From: Candidatus Iainarchaeum sp.
GTDB lineage: Archaea; Iainarchaeota; Iainarchaeia; Iainarchaeales; JAFCCJ01
Assembly (NCBI GenBank): GCA_043816965.1
Contig: JBDRHK010000040.1
Location: 1 to 48,839 of the forward strand
Direction of reading: 5' to 3'
Length of the DNA stretch: 48,839 nucleotides
In this document: one piece after another, positions 28,018-39,900 of the stretch
Layout of the letters: each line of letters opens with the position of its first letter
Position numbering within the stretch: the first letter of the stretch is position 1
Notes under the pieces: model-generated
What the model was told of the DNA's origin: nothing
The model's input: only the letters and a program-made list of their open reading frames with translations
The model's database searches: none
Translations under genes and position numbers: made by a program

Positions 28018-30881
28018 ACTTTGATTATCTGCCTTTTCTGAAGCTGTTTTTTGATTAAGTCACTCATGAACAGGAGGATTAGTTCAAGCAGCGCAAGGAC
28101 TATTCCAATCTCCACCCCGAAAAGGTTGCTTGCCACAACCGGCAGGAGGAAGAACAAAATGCCTATTAAAACGCGGAGATATCTTTCCTTCTTGATTTGG
28201 TTTGTTGATTTTTTCTGCCCCTCAAAGAACATTTCCGACCTCTTAAAGGCTAGCACTCCCACAATTATGCAGAGAATAAGGAGTATGATTCCATTAATAG
28301 GTGCCTCTGAGACAGATTCGCCGAAAATTATCTTTGCCACATCAGAGGTCAGCCTTTCAACAGTAATCTGATAGGCAACAACCTCAAAGGCTGCGCTGCC
28401 CCTGTAATTTTCCCTGGTGAGGATTACATTATACCTTCCCTTGTCCAGGACCCTGAACCCAATCACTCCGAAATTGTCTGCCACTGCCTTTTCAGTTCCG
28501 CCAGGATAAGTTATATCAGCTGAAATCTTTGGAATTTGCCCAAGCTCAGGGTGTTCCACAGTTATTTTCTGTGAATCCCCGGCAGAAAGGATATCGCTGA
28601 AAATAACAACACTAAGCAGGTTGGAATTCGGGTCCTTTGGATCGGTTCCGTCAAACAGCACCTCCTGCCCGTCACTAACCAGGTCCCCGTCAGTGTCTGG
28701 GAGAAAGGGGATTGTATCATATTTAAGTACCTCGGCCCCATCACTCAATTGGTCATTGTCTGTATCAGGATCAAAAGGGTCTGTGTGGTATATTGTTGTT
28801 TCCTCATCATCAAGCAGGCCGTCCCCGTCAGAATCCACCATGCATCCCTCTTCGCGCCTACCATCACAATCATCATCAAGCCCATTTCCACAGACTTCCT
28901 CAAGCCCGGGATTGTAATCGCCCCTGCATTCGGTCCACTCACGAAGGTAACATGTCTGGGTTCCTGCATTGCAAATTCCTGCGTCAATCCCGCAGCCCCT
29001 TACATCCCCCTCTGCACATGGGCAGCCCTCATCAATGCTGCCATCACAATCATCATCAGCGTCATTTCCACATATTTCCGAAATTGGCTCTACCGCTGTG
29101 CAGCTTCCCCATTGCCCCTCAAAACAGGTCCTTACGCCATATGTGCATGCTCCAATATCGGTATTTCCGCAGAGCATTGAAAGTTTCTCATCAATTTCCC
29201 CGTCATTATTGTCATCAATGCCATTGCAAAGCTCCCCAAAGCCCTCAAGCTCAATCAGGGAATACCATCTTTCCCCCAAATTTACAATTATGAGTGTTGA
29301 GTCCTCACCAAGCGCCTCAAGCCTTGGGAAAAGGGTGATTTCCCCGGTATATGGCCCCATTGCCCCTGAATAAAGTCCGGTGGTTTCATTATAGGAAAGC
29401 TGGAAAATCTGGTCAAGAATTATGCTGTTGAAGCCATATCTCAACGAAACATCCTGCACACCATATCTGGTGTCTGTTACATTTGCAACAACCTCTATGT
29501 AAAATGCCCTCTCCCCAGGGACTACATATGGAATCATAAACACCTCCCCAACGGCAAGGCTGCTTGGCGCGCCAAGGAGGATTGTTTCGTTAATTGGCTG
29601 GTTAACCGTCCTTCTTACGGTAAGCGGATTGTAACCTGCCAGGGTAAATGTGAAATCATATGTTCCCTCTGTCTGCTGGAAGTTTATTGTCCCATCAACT
29701 GTGTAGGTTGCCGGCTGCACCGGGCCTGAGCCGCTGACATCAAGTATTACCCCATTCAGCAATTCATTTGTCACCGCATCCCTCACCGTAAATGTAACAG
29801 GATATGCTGAAAGCACTGAAAAGCTGCTGCTTACAGAGGAGCTGTTTCCCACAGCATCATATGCTGTTATTGTGTAGCTTACGGTAGTCCCCTCACTTAA
29901 GGCACCCAAATCAATGGCCCACTGATTTCCCGCGCCCTGAACCATTAGTTCATCGCTTCGGGGTACCCCATTTAGGGAGTAGGAAAAATTAACATGGTCT
30001 ATTCCTGAGAAATCAATAATTGTTGCAGATAGTGTTATTGGCGTATCTGGCATTGTTGTGTCAGGGCCGTAATTGCTTATCTGCGGGTTGTCATTCAAAA
30101 CTGTTGAAAGTATGTCCCCAACAACAGTATTGCCGGCGGCATCGGTTGCATTGAACCTGTAAAGCATTGTCTGCCCCTCAACAAGGTCTGAAACAGGAAT
30201 AGTGGCATGGTATGGATTTGGGGAAATCAAATCTATCTCATTTATACCACGCCCAGGATAGTAATATTCCAAAAAGGCGTCTGTAATTGGGCTTGTGTCA
30301 GTTATCTCTGCAGAAACCTCAAAACCATCCATAAGAAACATCGGGGTTTCAAAATACTCATTGCTTATCACTGGGGGTGAGTTGTCTACTGAAATCCTTG
30401 CATATATGTGGGTAGCATCATCATCCAGTGGGAGAAGGGTCTGGTTGTCCCCTAATCCAGTTGTTGCCCCCTCATCATCGGAAAATTGGAGATAACCAAC
30501 CATATCCTCCCTGGTTTCAGGATGGTCGGCATCAATATGGAGGGTTACATTCAGGGTCTGGTTAACTGCATCTGCAATGCTGAAATGGTCGTCATTGTAT
30601 TGGGCTATATGCTCATAACCCCAATCCGGGCCGTTCCATGAGGAGAGTGTGATATCATGGTCAGAAACATCCAATAGGTAAAGGTCAGCAAGATCTATAT
30701 CCCCGTCATCGGCACCATCATAAAGATTTGTAAAATTGAAGCTAAGCACAACATCGCTTCCTGACCTTGCATAATAGTTGCCCTTGGGAAGGGTAACATC
30801 CAAATAAGAGGCCTGGGCAAAAACACCTGCAGACAATGCAATTAAAAAAACCAAAACCAAAATATTTCTCTTAGAACTCAT
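28014..30881 (-). CDS. Secreted, C-terminally membrane-anchored surface protein (Ig-like, MopE-like Cys/Asp repeats, TSP3-like Ca-binding repeats)
   Basis: Signal peptide MSSKRNILVLVFLIALSAGVFA. Repeats ELCNGIDDNNDGEIDE, DSDGDGLLDDEE and DTDGD. About 3 C-terminal hydrophobic helices with a basic tail. GGAGG SD. Confidence 0.85.
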   Translation of the reverse strand: MSSKRNILVLVFLIALSAGVFAQASYLDVTLPKGNYYARSGSDVVLSFNFTNLYDGADDGDIDLADLYLLDVSDHDITLSSWNGPDWGYEHIAQYNDDHFSIADAVNQTLNVTLHIDADHPETREDMVGYLQFSDDEGATTGLGDNQTLLPLDDDATHIYARISVDNSPPVISNEYFETPMFLMDGFEVSAEITDTSPITDAFLEYYYPGRGINEIDLISPNPYHATIPVSDLVEGQTMLYRFNATDAAGNTVVGDILSTVLNDNPQISNYGPDTTMPDTPITLSATIIDFSGIDHVNFSYSLNGVPRSDELMVQGAGNQWAIDLGALSEGTTVSYTITAYDAVGNSSSVSSSFSVLSAYPVTFTVRDAVTNELLNGVILDVSGSGPVQPATYTVDGTINFQQTEGTYDFTFTLAGYNPLTVRRTVNQPINETILLGAPSSLAVGEVFMIPYVVPGERAFYIEVVANVTDTRYGVQDVSLRYGFNSIILDQIFQLSYNETTGLYSGAMGPYTGEITLFPRLEALGEDSTLIIVNLGERWYSLIELEGFGELCNGIDDNNDGEIDEKLSMLCGNTDIGACTYGVRTCFEGQWGSCTAVEPISEICGNDADDDCDGSIDEGCPCAEGDVRGCGIDAGICNAGTQTCYLREWTECRGDYNPGLEEVCGNGLDDDCDGRREEGCMVDSDGDGLLDDEETTIYHTDPFDPDTDNDQLSDGAEVLKYDTIPFLPDTDGDLVSDGQEVLFDGTDPKDPNSNLLSVVIFSDILSAGDSQKITVEHPELGQIPKISADITYPGGTEKAVADNFGVIGFRVLDKGRYNVILTRENYRGSAAFEVVAYQITVERLTSDVAKIIFGESVSEAPINGIILLILCIIVGVLAFKRSEMFFEGQKKSTNQIKKERYLRVLIGILFFLLPVVASNLFGVEIGIVLALLELILLFMSDLIKKQLQKRQIIKV

Positions 30882-30928
30882 CCATATCCCTCCCAATATT
30901 ATATCCTTCTATTATATATTTTTACCTC

Positions 30929-33900
30929 TCACCTGTTCCACCACAACAGCCTAAGGTTATCAATCCTCATATAGTGCATCCTGACAAGGAATATTGGGTC
31001 ATTCCACCACATCAGCCTTGTGTCGTTAATGCCGAAGAAGGCATTTCTCCTGTTGTCGATAACCGTACCGAAATCATAGATTCCAAACTGGGAATCATTT
31101 TTGAAGACAAATGTCCTGAAATTTGAAATTTCCGGGGTAGATTCTATTTCATTAATCCTGAACTCCTGGCCAGGGTATTCGATAACATATGCTGTTTCCA
31201 CAAACCGCCTTAGGCTGTAATAATCCAAATCAGCCAAGGGGGTTGTAAGGTCATCAAGGCCGAACAGGTATGTGGGCAGGTCAATCTCTGACTGCCAAAA
31301 TGCGTAAACAAGCTCCTCATTCCTCAGCATAGGGTTATAGGAGTACACCAGACCGCAGCCCTCATCTATCCTGCCATTGTTATTGTTGTCTATTCCATCT
31401 CCGCAAAGTTCCACACAGCCCTCGTCAACCTGGCCATCCCCATTATTGTCTATTCCATCTCCGCAAAGTTCCACACAGCCCTCGTCAATCTCCCCATTGT
31501 TGTTGTCGTCAATTCCATTTCCGCAGATTTCCCCGTCAGGATTTATTCCAATCTGGGTGATGTTGTTGTTTTCACTGACCTCGTCTATTGCACCGCCAGA
31601 ATCAACATAAACAAATATGTCCACAATATCCGGATCAGGGGCCTGCAATAGGAGGTCATAGCCCGCTTCCTCGCCTGCAGTCCTTATTGTTGTAAAGATA
31701 TCTGACTCAATCCTTGAGATTATGAGTATGTTCTCTGTTTCCGAAATTGTGTCAATGTATGCGACCCCCATTGGTGAGCTGTTCAAATCATTCTTGTAAA
31801 AGCCCACATCGAAATTTGAGGCTGAGGCATAATCTGAGCTTATTACGACATTGAAATCTACCTCAACAAGATCATTGCCAATGAAAACCGGGGAGGCGAC
31901 ATCAGTGGATGAAATGTAAAGGTCGGGAATTCCGCAGTACTCATCAATCAACCCGTCCAAATCATCGTCCCTCAAATTCCCACATTTCTCATCTGTGGAG
32001 AAGTAAATTACCGCATTTCCGTCGTTGTTGCTCTCATTAATTTCTGTTATGTCGCCCAATGAATCTGCAACAACATAGAATTCCTTGTCAATTCCATTCC
32101 AGTCAGCCATTACTGAATCGGTTCTGTCATATATGAACTCAAACAGTACCTGCACTGACTCCCCTTCATCCATTGGGTCTAAACTATTTGTGATATCCTG
32201 GAAAGCAAGCTCATTTCCGGAGGCGGAATCTTCCCTCAATGATACGCGGAAATTCTGGTTCACAGAACCGCTAAGGTTTGTTATAGCCGCACTTATGTAC
32301 ACGATTTCCCCTTCATCAGCATCAATGCTGCTGCTTATTGATGAAACCGTCAAATCAGAAGTGCATGGGGTTGAACAGCAAACCTGGCCTGGCCCCAAAT
32401 CATCTGCGCCTGAAACAAGTGAGGAGGGGCAGTATGCCAAAGCCTCGCAGACCCATCCTCCTAAATCACTGACGCAGCGGTTGTTGCATACTCCACAATC
32501 TGTCTGGCATTCTGGTGAAACGTCCGAAGTTCCGCAAATTTCAAGCCCATTGCAGCTTCCGTCTCCGCAGGAGGTTCCACCGCAATCATTTGGGCAATTG
32601 GTTATATTTTCCCCGCTCTCACAGACACCATCATTGTCACAAATAGGGCAGTCGTTCGGGCAGTTAGTTGAATTTTCGCCTGATTCACAGATTCCATCAT
32701 TGTCACAGGCTGAGCAGGAACCGCAGTCATTTGGGCAGGAGGAGCAGCTCTCCCCAGTTTCACAGTTTCCATTGCCGCATACATTTCCCCCTGGTGTTTC
32801 GCCACTGACACTGGCAGTAACAGTAACCCATGCAGTTGTTGAATTTGTATCTAGCTTGTCCCCTGCCTTAACAGAGTAGGTGTGCTCACCATCCGATTGG
32901 CCGGCATAAATATAACTTGTCAATGAATTGTTCAAAATCCAGTTATCGCTGTCAACCTTAACCCAATATGCGCCTATCCCTGAACCTGTTTCAACTGCGC
33001 TGTACTGGAGTGTAACTGTGCTTGTTGTCACAGTTGAGCCATTTGTGGGGGAGGAGATTGTAACAACAGGCGCTGTTGAATCATAGTATGTGGAATCATT
33101 CTCGGCACTGCTCCAGTTTGCAGAATCATCGGCGACTTTCACATAAACCGTTGTCGAACCATCACTTCCGCCAAGGCAGCCATATGAGGAGGAGCTTATG
33201 TCAAAGTCAGTTACTGATGAAGTGTATGGCTGGTTTAGCCATGGTCCTGTGACTGAGCAGCTTATGTTCATGTCCTCGGAATCTGCCCCGGCATCAATTG
33301 TTATTGTCGGTGTTGTGTCATTTGTGCAGCCCTCGCTCTGGTCACACGCAGTATCAGTTATTGTAACTGATGTAAGGGTTGGCGGGTCCTCATCCTCCCC
33401 AACACCCCATGGTGAGAAGTGGTTGACATCCCCTGTCACTTTGTTGTTTGTGGTATCAACTGTTGAGGGAACGGCATTCCAGCTGTTTGTGTCATCATTC
33501 CACCAATACAGCTTCAGTTTCTCCTCATCTGCAACTGTGCAGCTTGGGGCGCAGTCAAGTTCTGATTCTGTGTAACTTAAAGTTAATGTTGCAGGAGTAT
33601 CGCTGTTGAAGGCAAAGCTGTGCTCAGGGGTGTCTATGTTGAATGCCTTGTACATCCTGCCAAACCTGAATGTGGGCGGGGTTGCATTATAATCCACTGA
33701 AAGATTTGTGTCAGAGCCTAAAGATGAGGCTGATGGCGGGACATAGATATTGTAATCCCCATAATCTGTGGCTCTCACAATTGCCCTTCCATTGCCATAT
33801 GGCATCTGGAATGGGGATTCTGCATCTATTATGCACTTAATTGTCTCTGACTCAGCCATATTTCCTGCTTCATCAAAGGTCTCAACCTTGTAAAACATGA

Positions 33901-36900
33901 ATCCATCCAGTGAGCCATTGAATGCGTCAAAACTCTTCCCCCCGCCAAGTGCAGTGGTGTCATTTGTTGGCACACAGCCATTTATACAGGCCATTCCTAT
34001 TTCACAGTTTGCATTGTCATATGGGCAGTTCTCCCCGATATCACAGGTACCATCTCCGCACTGATAGGCAACTGAGGTAGTTTGCACACAACCATCAACT
34101 CCTATTCCTCCCTTGCACATCCAGCCATCACCATAGGAATTATAACAGGCAACACTGTCATACATGCAGTATTCTCCTGAATCACAAACATTGTCTGGAC
34201 AGGTTGGGGATTGGTTATCTGGCGGGATTGTATCCGGCTGGCAGCCGCTCCTGCAGAAGTATCCAAATGCACAGTCTACCGTATCTATAGGGCAGTACTC
34301 CCCCGGGTCACAACGGCTGTCGCCACAGCTGAAGGTTACATCCGCCTGAGGCCTGCAGCCATTTGTGCAGCTCATCTCGAACGGGCAGTCATAACTATCA
34401 TTTGGGCAATTCTCCCCCGGAGTGCATCTGCCATCCCCACAAACACCATTAAGGTCTGATGTGAGTATATTGTAATCAAAGCTTAACTCATCCCCTGTTG
34501 AGGTCTGATGGATCGGCTGCCAGTTAATGCCGTTTGGGGAAACCTGAATATTATAGTATGCAAGTGAATTGCTGTCAGATGCGCCGGCCCATGAAAGTGT
34601 GAACTGCGCGCTCTCTAAGTATTCAGGGCAAACATCCATTTCAGCAGCTGCATCAATGTTTATGTCAACAAAGATTGTGTCATAAATATCACTAACATAG
34701 TCCCCGCTACCGACAGAAATAAGTGATGAATTATTTAGGGTGTCCCTGAACTGTACATAAACCTCCCTAAAGCCCATCCTGTTGGTGCATCCTGCGGTTG
34801 TTGTATCAAAGAGGTTGAAGTCTGAGTAGCTTGTGGCATAAGCGACATAGTCTGTCCATGTGAGATTGTTGCAGCTGAATGCCATATCCTTTACCCCGAT
34901 TCCTGTTCCGTCCGAAGCGCTGAGTGTAAGAGCTGGAACCTGGCTGTTGGTTGTCTGTGCCCCCCCTGCAATCACTATTGTTCCTGATGGTGCGCCTGTA
35001 TCAAGGGTTGTTGAATCAGAATAGGAAATTGATGCATTTCCTGCTGAATCCCTGTATTGTACATAAATGGTCTTTGATCCATCACTTGCATTACAGCCAT
35101 ATGCTGTGTCAATAATGCTGAATCCCGAATATGTTGCCGAGGCAGTTATCCAGCCAGTCCAGTTGCTGTTGTCACAGCTGAAGCGCATGAATTCCACCGA
35201 ACTTACGGCATCTGAATATGTGAGGTTTAGGTCAGGGGTTGTGCTTCTGGTGAAATTATTTGTGTCCATTATGTTAATGTCTCCTGTTGGTGCGCTGTTG
35301 TCCACAATGAAATAAGTAATTGCCCTTGCATAATTGCTGGCAGTATCTGTTGCTTCTGCATCAACCCAGAACACGGTGTTATTGGAATAGCCTGAAATAT
35401 TTATGGTGGCTCCCAAATAGGTTGATGTTGTGGAGGTATTATTCAAATCTTCGGAAGACTGGGTGCTTACAACATTGTTGCTGTCTGAATTGTTCATTAC
35501 CTCTACATTCACATCCTGCAGGGCAAAGTGGCTGAAGTAAACATTGTAGTCAATTGAGCTGCTGTAATAGAGGTTATTTGGGTTTGGCACAAGGAACTGG
35601 ATTGTCGGGTTTAACCTGCTTACATTGAAATTTCTTACAGTGCTTATGATGTTCCCTGCCCTGTCCCTTGCATTTACTGTTAGGTTATAAATGTCCTCGC
35701 TGTAACTGTCGGAATTCCAGTCTGAATCCCAGCCTCCTTCAGAGGTTAGGTTGGCATCGTAGATTATTGTGGAATTTCCATCCCTGTTGACCGTTAGCCA
35801 GGAGGCAAACATTCCTGAGCCGCTGTCAGATATTGTGTTGAAGAGCTGCACAACACCGCCAAGCATCTGGTTCTCGGTCGGGGCATCAACCGACACACTT
35901 GGTGCAGTGGTATCGACATAGAATGAATTATTGCCTTTCCCTGTATGGTTTGAGACAGAGGTTACGCCAGCATCATCCCTTACAACCGCATAAACTGTCC
36001 TGTTTCCGTCCTCTGTTCCGCAGCCATAGAGGCCACTCTTTACATCGAAATCAGTAACCGCCCCCACATTGAATGTCTGGCTGCAGCTCACTGCGCAATC
36101 CTGGCCACTTGCGTCAAAGGTTAGCCAGCCAGTATAATCAACATCATTGCAGCTGAATTTTAGTGAACTTATTCCTGAGAGGGTGTCCTTGGAACTTACT
36201 GTAAACGAGGGGCTGCTGTCATTTGTATACCTGCCTATTCCTGTAAATGCCGCCACAGATATTGTCACATCTATTGGTGCATTCTGGTCCAGGGTCCAGT
36301 AACCGGTATTTGCATCTGCTGAAATGTTGTAAGCCCTGTCCCTAAACCTCGTATAAATTATCTTTGTTCCCTGATCAACATTGCAGCCATATTGCGGGAA
36401 GGTTGGCCTTACATCGAATATCGAATACCTGTATGCGAAAGGCTTCCATGCATCTGTCCAGTCAGAATTGTCGCAGCTGAACTGCATTTCATAAACGCCT
36501 GAAGTGGCATCTGAAGCACTCAGAACCAGTGGCGGGGCATCATCAAAGGTATACCTGTAATTCCCGGTCCATCTCTCAATCTCTATTGACTGGTTCTGCG
36601 GCGCTTCGGAATCAAGGACAAAGGAAATCATAGTACTTGGGCTGACATTATAGGCATTGTCCCTTGCCCTGGCGAAAACCGCCCTTGCCCCCTCAATTGA
36701 ATCACATCCATAAAGTTCTGAACTTAGGTTGAAATTCGAGATTGAATTGGAATAGCTCTGCCAATCCTTCCAGCTGCTTCCATTGCAGGAGAACTGCATC
36801 TGGTAGACTCCTGAAAGGCCATCAGAAGCAAGGAAATTCAGCACCGGTGTTGCTGTATTGACATAGCCTGAAAGGCCGCTGTAAGTTGTTGAAAGCGACA

Positions 36901-39900
36901 GGTTGCTGGGAGGGGCGGTGTCCAGTGTGAATACCGGGGTTGAGGCCGCAGATGTTGCAATATTTCCCGCATAGTCGGAGAATAATACATAAACTGCCCT
37001 TGTCCCGTCGGCTGTGCCACAGCCATAAATGGTTGAGGCAGGCCTTATGTTGAAGGAATTGTGGGTGATGGCATAAAGGATATTGGAATTATAGCTCACC
37101 CCATTGCAGCTGAATCTCATCCAGTCGGCCCCTGCGCCTGAGATATTGAATGTTGGGGTGATATTGTTAACATAGCCTGATGTGCCTGTGTATGTTACGC
37201 TAATGGTGCCTGTTGCCGGCGGGGTGGTGTCATAGTTGGTTGTGTCTGAAGCAACATTGCCCCATATTCCGTCACCATCCTTAAACTGGGCATATATTGT
37301 CCTGCTTCCGTCACTCGTAGAACACCCGTTTGTCCCTGAGGCAATATTGAAGGAACTGTAACTTGTGTCATTGGCAACTTCATTCGTCCAGCTTGCATTA
37401 TCACAGCTGAAGCGCATGTGGGAAACACTTGCATCCTCTCCTGCAACTACACTAATGTTAATCTGCGGAGTTGAATCATTTGTAAACCCGAAATTATCAA
37501 TAACTATTATTGATGTGCTTATTTCCCCCGGATCTGCGGGGGGTGCCCAGTTAAGTATAATTGAATCAGAAACTGAGCTGCTTGTATTTGTAAGAGTATC
37601 CCTGAACTGCGCAAACACATACTTTGTTCCCCCACCATATGCGCAACCCTGGGAGCCGCTGATGATGTTGAAATCTGAATAACTTGTTGCATATGCAGTC
37701 CAGTCTGTCCAGCTGCTTCCGTTACAGCTGAACCTCATCTGGCTGACCCCTATTCCCACATCTGAGGCGCTGATTGTCAGTGCTGGTTTCTGATTAGTGG
37801 TGGATGCTGCCCCGCCCTCAATTAAAATAGTTCCTGTCGGGCTTGTTGTGTCCACAATAACTGAATCATTCCTTATCTCATTGCTGATATTGTATGCCCT
37901 GTCCCTTAGCTGTGAGTAGAGGGTGACTGTGCCATCAACTAATGGGAGGCAGCCATAACTGGAACTCCTAAGGCTAATTGGGGAGCTCATTGAAGCAGAA
38001 TACGCATACCAACCGCTCCAGCTGCTTCCGTTGCAGCTGAACCTTGCCTCATAAACCCCTGAGGTTGAATCCGAAGCACTAAAAGTTAAAGGAGGTGTTG
38101 AATCACTTGTATAGCCGCTGGTTTTGGTAATGGCCATACTGGTTAGTACTGGCTTGCTCCTGTCAAGGTAGAAGTATCCTCCATTGGCATAGGTACTAAC
38201 TGGCGATGAGGAGTTGTTTGTGTCATCCTCATATATTGCATAAACCTGCTTTGCCCCGTCAGTATTTGAGCAGCCTGCCCCGGTAGTAATGTCAAATGTA
38301 TCGTTATAGCTTGAACCATAAGTAATATTTGATGTGAAGTTTGAGGGATTGCTGCTGCAGCTGAAACGCATAAAAGTTGCGCCATTGCTAGAGGTGGAGA
38401 AGTTGGGTGTTGTGTCATTTGTGTAGCGCAAAGTGCCGCTAAAGGAGCTTATGCTAATTGAATTATTTACCGGCGGGCCTGCGTCCAGGTATATGTTATC
38501 TGAGGCTGATGAACTTACATTTCCCACCCTGTCCATGAACCTAACATATATATTTCTTAGGCCGTCATAAATGCCGCAGCCATAGCTGGAGGTATAGAGA
38601 TTGAATCTTGAATAGCTTGTCGCATATGCAGTCCAGCTGGTCCAGCTTGAGCCATTGCATGAGAACTGCATTTGGTAAAGCCCTGAACCTGAATCTGTTG
38701 CGGAAAGATTCAGTAAGGGGGTGGTATCATTGGTTGCACCAGCTCCTCCCTCAATCAAAATGCTTGGGGAACTTGGGGCTATTGTATCATAGTAAGTTGT
38801 GTCTGATTTTACTTCACTTAAATTCCCTGCCAAATCAACAAGCCGCGCATATACTGTAACACTGCCATTTGCATTGTTCAGGCAGCCATAGCCTGATTGT
38901 GTGATATCAAATAATGAGATTGGGTTATTGTAAGTCCATCTCCTCCAACTAGAGCCATTGTCGCAGTTGAACTCAATATATGAGGAATCCCCTGACTTGC
39001 TTACTGAAATCGATGGGTATCTGGTTGCAGTATATTCTGCTGTGTCTGCGATTGTTATTGAATTCAGGACAGGTTGTATTGCATCTATGTAAATCTGCTT
39101 TGACTTGGTTCCTTCCTGGTTTGCCGCATTATCTATTGAATAATAATAGAAGGTGTTAATTCCCTCAGTTGTTACCGTAACCGGGCCAACATAGGTAAAC
39201 CAGCTTCCGCTGTTCAGCCTGTACATTGACCTTTCACAAGCTGAGGGGCCTGTATCAGTACAGGTAAGGGTTACCGATACTGAGGTCTGCCATCCTACAG
39301 GGATGTTATCTGTTGTTGCAGGAACACTCTTATCAATGCCGGAATAGTAGGCAGTGTCCCTATTGGAATAATTTGCCGCGGTGTCCTTAAACCTGCAGTC
39401 AATAGCAATATTTGAGTCATTATCGGGAGTTGTCCACAGGTAACTGCCATCAGTATCATCTGTAACTAGGGTTGTCCAGCCTGTGCCATTGTCATCAATT
39501 GTGTAACGGAATTCATAGACATCAATATCTGATGCAGCTGATGTGCACCTTAGGGTTACAGATGAATCCCTAATCCAGGAATTCTTTGCAACACCATTAA
39601 TACTTACATATGCCTCCTCAACCGCTGAGAGATCATAGGAAACATCATCGGTTTTTACAACACTTTCATTGTATGCCCTGTCCCTTACAATTGCATAGAT
39701 TCTTTTTAGCCCTTGGCTTGTTCCGCAGCCATAGAGGCCTGAAACAAGGTTGAAGTCACTTATAACGCTGGTGTAGGACTGGTTCTTCCAGGGGCCATTA
39801 GGGTTACAGCTAAGGTTAAGGTCATACAATCCTGAAAGGGTGTCTGAAGCATTTATTGAAATCGGCGGGACTGAATCACTGGTTGTATCCTGGTCAGATG

